Source: Camelus ferus
Taxonomy: Eukaryota
Assembly (NCBI RefSeq): GCF_009834535.1
Contig: NC_045696.1
Location: 53,384,001 to 53,448,000, forward strand
Length of the DNA stretch: 64,000 nt
Reading direction: 5' to 3'
The notes under the pieces: generated by a model
What the model saw: only the letters and a program-made list of their open reading frames with translations
Told to the model about the DNA's origin: nothing
The model's database searches: none
In this document: positions 14,323-26,010 of the stretch, in pieces
Numbering within the stretch: position 1 is the first letter of the stretch
How the letters are laid out: each line of letters begins with the position of its first letter
Translations under genes and position numbers: made by a program

Positions 14323-14362
<40 letters not shown>
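14214..14362. repeat. Two alternating purine-pyrimidine / (CA)n tracts
   Basis: 14214-14277 is an uninterrupted alternation (CG, CA and CACG units). 14325-14362 is (CA)19. Confidence 0.95.
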
Positions 14363-14365
<3 letters not shown>

Positions 14366-14398
14366 GCGCGCAGCAGAAAAGTTGCCCGAAAGCCCTAC

Positions 14399-14553
14399 CT
14401 GAGGATGGCCGTGTCCCCCTGCCTCACGGTGATGTTGTCGGTGCCTCGGTTAAAATCCACGCTGCGAACGGGCAGTCCTGTGGGAAGAAGGCAGAGCAAT
14501 CTCAGTAGGACCAGCGGCAACTGTTTCCGATCGGGCTGAACTCTAGCGACCAT
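14399..14553 (-). CDS. LSAMP: LSAMP first coding exon (exon 1b): signal peptide and start of Ig domain 1
   Basis: Minus strand from GGCCACC-ATG-G (A at 14553, strong Kozak) translates [51 protein letters not shown](R), which matches the recalled LSAMP N-terminus. It spans 155 nt and ends at donor AG|GTAGGG (intron starts at 14398). It is absent from the ORF track. Confidence 0.97.
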
Positions 14554-15200
14554 GGTGGCCACGCCGAGGTGCGGGTCGCGGGCGACTCTGGAGGGTGTGC
14601 GCGTGCTGCTCGCGCCGAGAGGGCTTTACAAACAGAGGGCTTTCATCCACGGCAAAGGCAGAACGGGCTTTGCCAATTTGCGGTCCTTTCCACTTGGCCT
14701 CTCTCTTTGCCTGGCTCAGCCTCTTTTCCCTCTTAAGACTTAACAAAGCCCTCGTAAAACCCGAGCAGAGATGGGAAAAAGTCAAAGGAACAAAATTTCA
14801 AAGAAGAGAGTACAAATATAAAAAACCCTCTAGAAAAAGGTGACGAGAAGCCGGCAAAAAGGAAGGTGTTCTCTGGTCCCTCGGTGGCTGGATGCTCCTT
14901 TGCCAGTGTCTGAGCTGAGCCTCTTCCCTCTGTAACCCACTTTCCCAGGCAGGCGGGCGAGGGAGCCGGCACTCAGCCTGCCAGCGAGTGTAACGAAACC
15001 CACAAGGCAGCGGCGGCAGCCCAGAGTCTCTCTCCCCCTCCTCCCTTTCCTGTTTCTCCTTCCAGTCCCTCCCTCCCTCAGCTCAGCACCTCCCCCCGCC
15101 CCCACGGGTTTCAGCAGCCCCTCCACGTCATCCCTCCGCCCTCCCCTCAGCGTGGCCCCTCGCTTTGCACAACTGCCCCCTTCAGCAGCAGCCAGCCTCA
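14554..15200 (-). promoter_or_regulatory. LSAMP: LSAMP exon 1b 5'UTR and proximal promoter, CpG/GC-rich
   Basis: CpG density rises sharply from ~14200 to ~15200 against an AT-rich background. GC boxes (ccccgcccc, ~15094-15102) and CCACGTCA (15123-15130) lie upstream of the ATG. The TSS cannot be determined from sequence. Confidence 0.75.
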
Positions 15201-16194
15201 ATGAAAGCCTGATGTGCCTTTAGGTTGTCAGGACAACAGCTCCATCTGAGGCCTGGCTGATTTCCTTAAGAGGGGATGGAGTTTGGAGGCACTGTGCACG
15301 AAAAAAATGGGAGAAGGAGAGAGACTCAAGCTATAAAAGAACAGGAGAAAGAGTCCAGGGAAGGAGAGGCAGAGAGTGAAGAAATCAGGAAAAGGAGATG
15401 AGAAGGAGAGAAGACAAACCCTGACAGACAAGGGAGTGAAACAGAGGACAGGAAAGCACGGGGTGTCAGTCGGATCACAGCTGAAAGATGGGATGAGGAA
15501 TGCAAAGCAGAGAAGAAACTTGACAGTGGAGTAGAAGATTAAAAGCCAAAGTCTATTTCCAAACTAAATATTCCTGGCAACTGGCTTTTCATGCTCACAT
15601 CTTGTTCGTTCTTTCCTCTCTCCTGCACTTTCTTTCACAGGCTTAAAAAGGTTTACTTTCTCTCCTTCTTTTATCCCCTCCCCCACTTGGAGCCCCCTTA
15701 TGAAAGATGGATTGGAGACAATGCTGGTATTGAGTGGTCTGGGGTGTGAATGCTTGGTTTGTCTTTTCCAAGTGCTAGCCTCAGCAGCTGATCCCTGATC
15801 CCTAAATCAACCTCACTCTCCAGGAAATCCTTATTCAGTCCTACACATGAGGAATGTTATTAAGGATCACTGTTTCAGCATCACATTGCTGTTGCTTCCC
15901 AGGTTTCTACTGGGACTTGCTTCTGGAAATATCCATATACAAGGAAGATGATTTGTGTATCAGAAAGCTTGTCACTTTCAGGGTGACGCTAAGGCTGTCT
16001 ATAGCACTGTGGTGAATGGAAGACAGGTTACTATCATTTGTCATTCCTTCTGCTCCATGAGTCAAGCCAAGTGATAAGGGCCATAAGGGGCTAACATTGT
16101 TGGTCACCCATGTGAGAGCCCCGAACTGTTAGAGACATCGCCCTCAGGACCGATGCTGAGGATAAAAGATAGGAGTGGACCAACCCAAAACTTT

Positions 16195-16455
16195 TTTTTT
16201 TCTTTTCTTTTTGTTTTTTTTGAATAGTTAAAGTATTCACATGGTGCAAAAATCAAGTGGTACAGAATGCTGTAGAGGGAACTGTAATTATCTTTCCTCT
16301 CCCTGTCTTTGGGCAACCCATATCTCCTATTTGGAGGCAACAAATATTTCCAGGTTCTTATACATTTTTCCCTAAATATCCCATGTGCATACAAGTAAAT
16401 GCACACACACAAAAATTATGCCCACCCTTCTTATTTACACAAACAATTAGCCATG
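16195..16455 (-). mobile_element. Ancient L1M(E-type) 3' end fragment
   Basis: A T tract followed by ttgaatag...tattcacatggtgcaaaaatcaa...ggaggcaaca, the pattern of old L1 3'UTRs in reverse. Confidence 0.5.
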
Positions 16456-19400
16456 GACATTTGAAAAAGAAAAAAAAAAAGACATATGTTTAGGATTCCT
16501 TATCAAGCCCTACCAGAGTACAAGCCTAAGGAGGCACTTACTGTGCTGACACCTGCCTTGTCCTCCCAGAATATTCAAAGATATTTATCTGCCACATTTT
16601 ATCAGCTTAAAAGGTAGATTCACACTTATAGATAAGTGAAGAAAGGAAGGAATATCTTTTGTTTTTTAAGAAAAGAACTGAAGGATTGGAATCCAAAATG
16701 TCACAAATTCAAGATTGGTAGAGTTCAATTAATTTTGCTTGTACTATGCATTACATTTATCTAAATCAAGTTGTCCTATATTGAGGCTGATAAAGAGTCC
16801 CCAGATAATACACCAATAATGTTCTATCACTAATTTGTAACTTAGCTGTTAAAAACTTGGAATCCACTTTGCCACAGAAAAAAAATGGTTATGTCAAGTG
16901 CTGGCTGAACTACAAAAAATATAATCCCGTGGTTCCCAGTAGCAATGGGAAAATAAGCTTCAAGTGCCAAATGGAGATGGAAGGATTACATAAGTCTATG
17001 TGAAGAGTCCAAGGAAAATAGCACCCACCACACCCCCCACTGCTGCCAGCAAGCTTCACAATCCTTGGCAGGATTCTTCTGAGCTTTTAGAGATGAAGGG
17101 TTGGCCTAGACAAGCACTTATATATATAGCATTTCTTGGGGTGGGTGGTTTTTCTCCATTGTCAGGAGGAATAAAAGAAAGACATAAAGGACTGGGGCTA
17201 CTTGAATGTCTATTTCCACTGATGATGGTAGGTGAATGGTTTGACTCTTTGTAGGAGAACTAGATACTGAGGAGAAGGATCAGACATATCAAGAGTATGA
17301 AAATTCTCTTGTATCAGTGGACTACATTTTGAGTGAAGAAAGGAAGGGGTTTTACCAGGGCAAGGAGAAAGTATGGTGGGGTTGTGGCATATTGTTTGCA
17401 GTAGATGCCTATACTTGGTTGTTGACTATACAAGTAATCTCAAGTTACCAGTAGGACTCGTCTGGTCCTAGGATGAAGCATAAAGTTTAACACACTGGGG
17501 TACGAATTAACTCACACCAAAGTACTAGGAATTTGTAGCAAGTCAATCAGATCTTGAGTTTGTCTCTATACTCACTCTGAGAAAAGGAAGAATTAAATTC
17601 ATCCAGATTATAATCAGGATCGTAATAGACCTATGCCTAGCTTACCCAAGAGGATAAAATTAGAAGTACATATCTATATAGAGAAAATCATACAATGTAA
17701 TTAAAGTCTTTTAAAAATAATTTCATTATTTAAAAGTCCATTTCTTGGCAACTTTTGTTGAACTAAATTGACTTACTATGTTCACTGGAAGTAAAACACA
17801 AAAAGAAGACTACAGTTTCAAAATTCTCTAATATAGACTGATAGTGCAGATTGGATTTCTGAACAATTTCAAAATCATGAAGGTTATTATGTAAATTAAT
17901 TGTTTGGTATTTATCATTTATGTCAAGGTGGTGCTTCAAATACAACTTTCTAACCCAACCCTTGGCTTAATGAGAACAGTCTGTAATTGATGAATATAAG
18001 AAAAAAGGGATGTTGGGGTGTCCAAGCCCACTCACGTGGGTAATCTCACCATTTACATGATAATGACTCTATTTGTGGGTATACTACACTTCTTTTTCAA
18101 CTTTATGTTCTCTCAGAGTCCTTCCCCTTTTCATTCCCTCATAGACTCCTTCTGGTTTTCTCTCCTCTGTGATCTCTCACTAAGATCTAATACATTCCAA
18201 TAAATCTAACAGTCAACATCCATTGAGTAACTTATCTCATCTTAATAGTCACTCCCTCAAATCGACTGCAACATTAATTCCTCTGCTTGCTTTCCTACAA
18301 AATGTAGAGTAGGAAACAAAGAGTTGAGTTACTGAAATTTATACAAGCTATTTTCCTGTAAACTACTATATACATTCTTCCAAAAGGGCTGGCAAAATGA
18401 TCATTCTTCCAGGTTATTTATGAGGCAAGTATGGCTGTTAGCCATGTGACACAGTCATCATCACCCAAGTAAGATGATCTTAACTACTACTTTAAAGTAA
18501 CATAGTGCTTTTCTGAAAAAGGCTTTGGAAGATTTTGGCACTCTCCGGGTACAAAAGCTGCAGGGAAAACAAAAACTAGCTAACATCTGAGTACCCTAAG
18601 AGGCATGAAAGGTTTATTCTTCTTTTTAGCTTTGTAAAGTAATAAGCTCACAGGAAATCCAGATGCAGCCTGGAATGTACAACTAATTTAGCTACATCGG
18701 TTGCATTTTATGCTAAACATGTCTTTAATATTATTAATATACCACTCTGCATTTCTACAGTTGTATGGTCTTAATCATAATAACGCCATGCCTGTACTTT
18801 ATTTACATAAGTAGAATTAGCATTTCCATATGAACCAGAAATTCAGAATTGTTAATACTTCTCCTTAGGATTCCTGCTATGACATTCTCGATGATTTCAT
18901 CATAATTTAGCAATATTCAAGTCTCTCGGTTTATGCTCATAAGCATGGCACTATCTTGTGTGAATTTCCTTTGGAATGTGGATACTTTGAATACAATAGC
19001 TTCATTCCCATGTGTCTCATTGCCTAACAAAATCAATCAGCTTCAAGTCAGTTAAACATTGTTCAGATCCTTACTATAGAACCCTCAGTGATGTAAAGCA
19101 TTCAGTCTACACTCTGCACAATTAAAAACTGCTCTTTCATGGTTTGTTTTTAGTTCACTGTTACCATGTTGGTCTTCTGCCTCAGATCTGTCCAAGCTTT
19201 CACAAAGTCTTCGAGATTCTTGAGCAGCTGCTTGGGTCCTCCCCCACCATCCACCTTACTGTCATAGTAGACCACCATTTCACAGACATGTATGCACTAG
19301 TCCTTGGACTTTCCTCTTTTTTAGATTGTCCACTCTGCCACCAAGTACAAAGAGGTGGCAACTGCCAAGTCATGCTGATCTGCAATGCTGCTGCTCTTTT

Positions 19401-19637
19401 TGATCTACCCCTCACATATGGGAAGAGCAGTGCAACATCTGGAAAGATGGTGGTGGCAGCACCTTCAGCATAGCAAGATGTTAGCACAAGCAGGTAATCA
19501 GGCAAGTATATCCTCTATTTGTGGTTGCTGTAATGACTTGATTTCCTATCATCAGAAAACAGGCCAAGGAGAAAGGAGGAAGAGTGAGTGGGGGCAAGTG
19601 TGAAATTCCATATACTGACATGCCTGGTAAGTTTATG

Positions 19638-20310
19638 ACTCATTCACTCAATACACTTTCATTGATACGGGAGTGAATCAAGACAGACCAAGACTCTGTT
19701 CTCATAGAACTTACATCCTTAATGCAGAAACACACACTAGACAGGTAAATACACATTAATGTTATTTTGGAGAGTAAATCCCATGGAGAAAAATATGTGT
19801 GATACAGAGAAAATGGGCTGCAGGTGTGGGGAGGGAAATGTATGTCCTGAAATTTAAGGTGGCAGTCATGCAAATATCAGCAAAAAGATCTTTCCAGATA
19901 AAAGAAATGGCATGTGCAAAGGGCCTGAAGCAGGAATGGGTATGTCATACCCCAAAAACCAAGCCAACAATAAATCTAAAAAGTAGTTTGTGTGTACGTT
20001 GTGGGAAATAGTTGGAAAAAGCAGATAAGATTAGAAATTGAGGAGGGGTCATAATGAAGAGATTCTGAGGTAAGAAATTTAGATTTTATTCTAGTGACTT
20101 GACTGGCCGGTAAAAGTTTTTAAGCAAGGGACTGACATGATCTTTTTTACTTTTTAGAATGGTTGCTCTGAATAACATACAGACGATGGACTGTAGAAGG
20201 ACAACAGTGGAAGCAAGGAGATAAACAGAAGGAAATCTTAGTCAACCTAGTGTGGCAACTGGCTTGGAGTGGGGGGTAGCAATGGAAATGGAGAGAAAAT
20301 TGAGTTAACT
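19638..20310 (-). mobile_element. L2 LINE remnant
   Basis: Starts with a tcattcactcaa tail. Motifs ctctgttctcatagaacttacat, atgtgcaaagggcctgaagcagga and tttagattttattct...ttttaagcaaggg. Confidence 0.7.
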
Positions 20311-22039
20311 AGTTTTGTTCATGATGGGAAGACCCTCCACATTTAGGCCATGTTCTATCACAAGTGATCAGTGTTTTCCACATCCCAGCCCTCTCCCTTA
20401 CTATACTAGTTCAATTCTGGTGTTCCCTTGCAGGAAGCCACCAGTCATCCAGTAAGAGCTAACAGAATACCAAGTAGATAGTTTATGCTAGCTGGTCAGG
20501 AAAAAAAAAAAAAAAAAAAAAACCCAGAACAAAACAACCAAACAAAACAAAAACCTGTGTCCCAGTTGGTGCTTTTCTTCAGGTATGAACTTTGCTTACC
20601 CTTCATACAGTTATCACATGTTGACTAAATGTCAGTATAAGGAAGAGTTTTGTTATAGATTAGAAGTACCTAACAAGATGAGCCGATGCTATTTAACTGC
20701 TAAACTTCACTAAATATTTTCTTACATACCTAATATCTATATTTATTTAGCAGGCAATAGCTATCCTACTAAATCTAAACAGAATGCCTAGTTAAATATC
20801 TTGAGGCTATAAATCATGTAAATAACACTAATATGTTTTCTCAAGAGTTTCTGACAATATTGAGCTTCAGGGCAAGTCTAGTGTTAGGTCGTTACATTAT
20901 TCAAAGGGTCCAAGAAGTTTGCCTGCTTAAAAGTATCTTCCTTTCATACCTATAAATCTCATTCTCAGCCCTCTCTGCTTTTACCAGTGAATGCAGAACT
21001 GCCTCTACTAATGCTAGGAAGAGGATTCACAAGTGTCTAATCAGACGTGTTACCATGTATAAAGCAATTCAAAGCAACTGATTAAAATAATTAATATTTT
21101 TGAGGCTTACCATATGACAGGCACTGTGCTAAGTGCTGGAGAAGTAACAAAGTACAGAATTGACACCTGGCCCTAATGCAATTGAATGAAAGGTATGCCA
21201 CTGAAAGCCCTTCCCAGAGAGGGGCTAAACATCATCACTGTACAATTATAAAGCAGGCCTTTCAAACCTGTGCTCCATTATAAAGCAGGACCAAAATCAA
21301 TTACTACATATGTCCAACCCTCTCTGGTGCTGAGAAATACTGCAAAATAATAAAATTCGGAATTCTTACCTTCAAGGAACCCAGGAACTCAAACCAAGAT
21401 GGAGAAGTAAGGTGAATACAGATGAAACAGAGACTAAGATGGACCAGTGAGGAATAGAAGACTAAGCTGTAAGGGAGCAGAATCAAAACACATGGTGGCT
21501 CAGAAAAGGTGATCAAGAAAGAGGCTTCTTGGAGAGAATGGTATATTAGGTAACCCATAGCAAATATGTAAGAGGAGGATGGAGGAAGGCAACATCTTGT
21601 GCAAAGGATAGCCCAGAGAACCGGCCTGAAGCAAAGAATGGAACTGGAGGAAGACTTGTTTGAATAGCAGGGAAAAGGAGAGAGAGAAGGTTGGCATGAG
21701 AAACAGCATAATGAAGAATCCTGAATGAAGACCCACACTTCATCGCATCATCTCATACCTAGAAGGTTACTTTAGATTGTGGAGAAGTGAGATGAGACAT
21801 TGGTCTCTTAGATTATTTTGGCAATGGGAAATTAGAGGTCAGAAGGAAGATGAAGTAGAGAAGCTAGTTCGGAGACAGGTTAATAGGAAAATTGTTGGTG
21901 ACATGATGAGAAAGAGATAAACATTACTGATTATATTTATACTATTACTTTCTAATAATGATGAGGAATGAAGTCCTCCCCTCAGAGATTTTTGTGTTAG
22001 CGGGAAAGGTAAGTTGTAGGAAAGTATGTGGGGGTAGAA

Positions 22040-22420
22040 ATGGAAAAACGTTAGAATGAAAAATGACTGGGTTTTGTAAGCTGGGGTCAGTAAGGGTCTT
22101 GACAGGCATGATAATGAGTGTGGCTTTACTCTATATGCAAAACAGAGCCATTAAAAGCTTTGAGTAAGCGAGTGACGATAACCAGACCTGTGTTTTAAGA
22201 AGACGATGGTCAGTGGAGTGGAAGATGGACTGGAACAAGTCAAAGTCAGGAAGACCAGTTCTAAGCTTTCTGAAAGAGAACAGGCAAGAGATAATAAAAG
22301 CTGGCCACAGGGCAATGACAGCAGAAAGAGAAAAAAGGGGAAGACTTGTAGAGGAATTTCACAGAGGGACTGATGGGACTTGTCAACTAATTGGATATGG
22401 AAGTTGAGGAAACAGGAAAG
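22040..22420 (-). mobile_element. L2 LINE remnant
   Basis: tggctttactct...gagccattaaaagctttgag...agacctgtgttttaagaaga...aagaccagtt. Confidence 0.55.
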
Positions 22421-25199
22421 GCAAAAGTATCCTCTACTTTTTTCTAATTATTGTTCGACATTCAGGCTGATAAAATGGGAAGCTTGAGGTTAAGAAGCTA
22501 GTTTTGGAGGAAATTTGGAAATTCTACTTTTAGAATTCTGGATTGGTTCCTAAACTGGTACTCAAATAGCTTGTACCTCCAGATGGACATGCTCAGGAAG
22601 TTGTCACAGGAATGACATTCTTCATAAGGAGGGTAGTCTCCAAGTTCTGTGATACACTAAGCCCACAAAATCAAGATTTCTCCCCTATTTTTTCTTGTTT
22701 TCTCTTTCCTTCTCTCATGTTTTTGTAACTTAAATATGTAAATATAGCACTGAGAAAGTGGCATGTTCTCCAGTAATATGAATCTCATTTTTATTTTTGA
22801 AAACATGTACACATAGCAGTTAACTGATTCTGTCTCAAGAAGAAATATAATCTGAACTTGTCTCCCTCTGCTGGTTGTACATTGAGGTATCAAGGGTCTT
22901 TTTAAACCAGACTAATAGTAGAAAGAAAAATACCCAATAATAAGTTGTTATGCGCAAGTATGGGACTTTGCAGTTCACGATGCATAGAGACACACACAGT
23001 TTTATGTTTTATTTTTCTTCAACCCTATGAGATACACAGCACAAGTATTATTACCCCACTTGTCAGAAAAACACTTTGAGATTTCAAGTCATTAAGCTCT
23101 CAAGTGAAATTAGAGATATCAGAGGAAAATCAGGAAGTACACATAATTAAAATAATTGCATAATGTTAAAGCTGCAAAAGACCCAGTAGATCTTCTTGCA
23201 CAGTCTCCCTATTTTACAGCTGAAACGCAGAAACTTATGAGTTTACACGGTTATTTAGGATCACTGAGATTAGTATTCAGAGAGCACAACTCTCAAAAAG
23301 TGCTTTCTATTGTACTGTGCTGCCTGACTAATAGTGTCAGGATGTTAATCCTTTACATCATAGCTGAAACATCTGCACAAGTAGATTAGATTAGAAATGC
23401 CTGTTTCTCTAAGGCAAGCTATACACTGCATCAGAACAATCCACAGCTAGGTTAAACTCATAAGCAAGTAAGAAACAAAAGCAATGTACATCAGTTGGAC
23501 AGATAATAAGGCAAAGACCAATCCTCAATTTGCTGTTTGAATTGATTTGTGCTCTGTCCAGCCCGGGGCTCTAGAACCATGGGCAAGGCTTGAGATGACT
23601 TTTAGGGATGCCAGAGTATTACAGATTGTGTCAGCGTAAGAACTGGAGTGGAATTCCTTACCAACTGGCTTCCTGGGGCAGTCTTTTCTTCTTTATATGC
23701 CCTCCATAGACAGTCTACTGTAGCTCTTTGGCAACTGACATCCTACTCTCCAAAGTTAACTCCATTCTTAACAGATATTCCTATTCTCTCTTGTCAGAGA
23801 AGAAAAAGCTAATTAAAATAATTTATACTTGTGTGTAAGTGACTGCAGAATTCCAGCCTCTGAAGGGATATGATACAAGGAGGGTTTCCTAAACCCAGTA
23901 AATCTTTAATAGGTGAAATAAATAGAGAAAATATGTTTAAATGGCAGAGTAGTTTCATAACTCTTGTTTCTTACTGGTAAGAGATAAAGACCAACAACTG
24001 TGAAAGTACCTTAAGAAATCTAAAATTAAAAAAATAATAATAATCTATATGATCTTAACCCATTAAATCACAATGTCCCTCCAACAGAGAGAAAAAAACT
24101 TAGCTTAGACCATCAATTTTGTGCCTACTAAATCAGTTTTTTATACAGGTAATAAATATTGGTCAGGAATAGAGAAATAATTATATAGCAAAATTTTATA
24201 TAATAGACATATAAGACATAAACAAATGTAGACAATACAGACAATTCCAAAATAAAGACAATTTCCAATGCAGTTAGTAAATATCCCCAATATCCATATC
24301 CAACAATGATTTATCACATAATATTTTATGCAGCCTTTTTTTTCAATAGCAAAATCAAAACTAGAGTCTCTTATTCCTTCAATGGTGTTCTCTTTTTCTA
24401 CTGTAAGAAAGCGTGAGTATTGATGTTAGGATAGAATCAGGCTGAATAGTGGCTGTAGAAGCCTTTTCTGATGTTTAGAAGCAATGAGAATGAGCTGATA
24501 CCAGTAATATCTGCTGTTTCAGGAAAAATAGATTATAGGTAGAGATTTGATCTAGGAAATATCCAACTTGGATGTAAGGACTAAGTTTGGGTAGGTAGGA
24601 CAGTAGAGAAAATGATAAGCAGGTGTGAGGATTTGGATTGTGACAACCCTAAGTAAACAAGAGGGAGTATGAGCCAGCATAAGCAATAAGGAAATGTACA
24701 AGGAAGTAAAGGGAAACTTGTAATGTGATCAATTATCTCTTAAAATAGGACATTTTTACTCATCAGCTGATGTGATACATTCTAATGCTGGTACCTGTTT
24801 TAATGTGTAAACCAACAGAGTAAAATTATTTTTCTTGGGATAAAAAAATGATCATCTTGCTATTAAGGAGCAATATTAAGTGATAATTCATAACTTCTTT
24901 GCATCTCTACCAATTTGGGTTACATTATTTTGGGTTGATAATATTACTAGCAATAATTTTTTGGTTATTTAATTAAATAAGAATTTATTGATCACCAACT
25001 ATGTAAGTGGGTACTCTGAAAGATCTATGGAAACATTCAGCATGGACTATATGATAAGATCCTTTTGTAAAAAGAAATTTTCCACCCTGTTGGGAAAAGG
25101 TCAACAAATAGATTGGTCAATGATTCAAAAATAGTTTATAATTAAGTCTTAAATTTTAAGAAAAGTGCCCTAAATGCAAAGAAACTCAAAACATATGGA

Positions 25200-26010
25200 G
25201 ATCACTTCAACCTTCTATGTGTCAGTCAGGATACTATGCACTGAGGTCACAAAGAAGAACAGGATAAGATTCTTGCTTTCAAAGAGTGAACAGCCTGGAA
25301 AGATACAGATAGTTAAGCAATGACAGTAAGTATGAACTGTGCACTATGTCCAAGTAAAGGACGCCACCTAATCCAGACTGGAGGGAAAGCTTTCTAAAGA
25401 AGGTGGTAACCGAGCTGTTTCCTAAAAGGGGAAGGTAGGACAGGGGGATGGGGTCCTCAAGGATATTTGGGATGTTAACAATTGTAAATTAGTGTAAAGT
25501 TCAGGAGGGCCAACCAAAGGGTAAGTGCCAAGTTAGAAGCTAATATCACAGAGCAAGGGAATAGGGCAGGGAAGAAAGTGTTCCCAGCCAGAGAGAATCC
25601 ATGCTGGGGGAATGGCAGGAAACTCAGTTAGAAAGGAGGGCAGAGATGGATTATAAAGATCTTAAAAGACAGAAAAGGAGAAATCTAAACTTAATGCATT
25701 AGTAAACAAGAAGCATTTTATTTGCGGGGAGTGGGGGGCAAATTCTTGAAAGTGCATTTGGTGTAGCAGTTGTATAAAATGGAGGACCCAGCTGGGACTG
25801 TCTCAGAAACTCAGGCTTGAAAGGTAAAGACCTTTCAGTGAGGGTGGAGAAGAATAAACGTAAGAGCTCTAAAGGAAGAATCAAAAGGAATCACTGAGTA
25901 ACTGGATATATGAAATGGATAAGAGGAAGGTATTCAAGATGAGACCCATGAGCCCCTCTGAGTTTCTGGAGAATGGGGTCATCATTGATGGAGATCAGGG
26001 AGTTGAAAAA
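25200..26010 (-). mobile_element. L2 LINE remnant
   Basis: ttcttgctttcaaagag, cacctaatccagactgg...aaagctttctaaagaaggtgg and gtgttcccagccagagagaa motifs. Confidence 0.55.

Larger units (their letters stand above)
1..14398 (-). other. LSAMP: LSAMP intron downstream of exon 1b (continues beyond the window)
   Basis: Begins at the GT donor at 14398. The expected exon 2 peptide (CVVEDKNSKVAWLNR) was not seen in 1-14398. Confidence 0.85.

Noticed and set aside
14552..14743. Plus-strand 63-aa ORF whose ATG overlaps the LSAMP ATG in the palindrome ACCATGGT
   Set aside because: A strong Kozak context (CCATGG) is self-complementary, so the antisense ATG is a by-product. The peptide resembles nothing I recognise.
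15082..15102. TCAGCACC, a possible REST/NRSE site in a neuronal promoter
   Set aside because: Only the left half-site is present, with no GGACAG right half.
20501..20555. A23 plus AAAC-rich tract, a possible retroposon tail
   Set aside because: No recognisable element body or TSD upstream.
21304..21738. 144-aa hydrophobic minus-strand ORF
   Set aside because: It reflects purine-rich + strand composition in probable L2-derived sequence.
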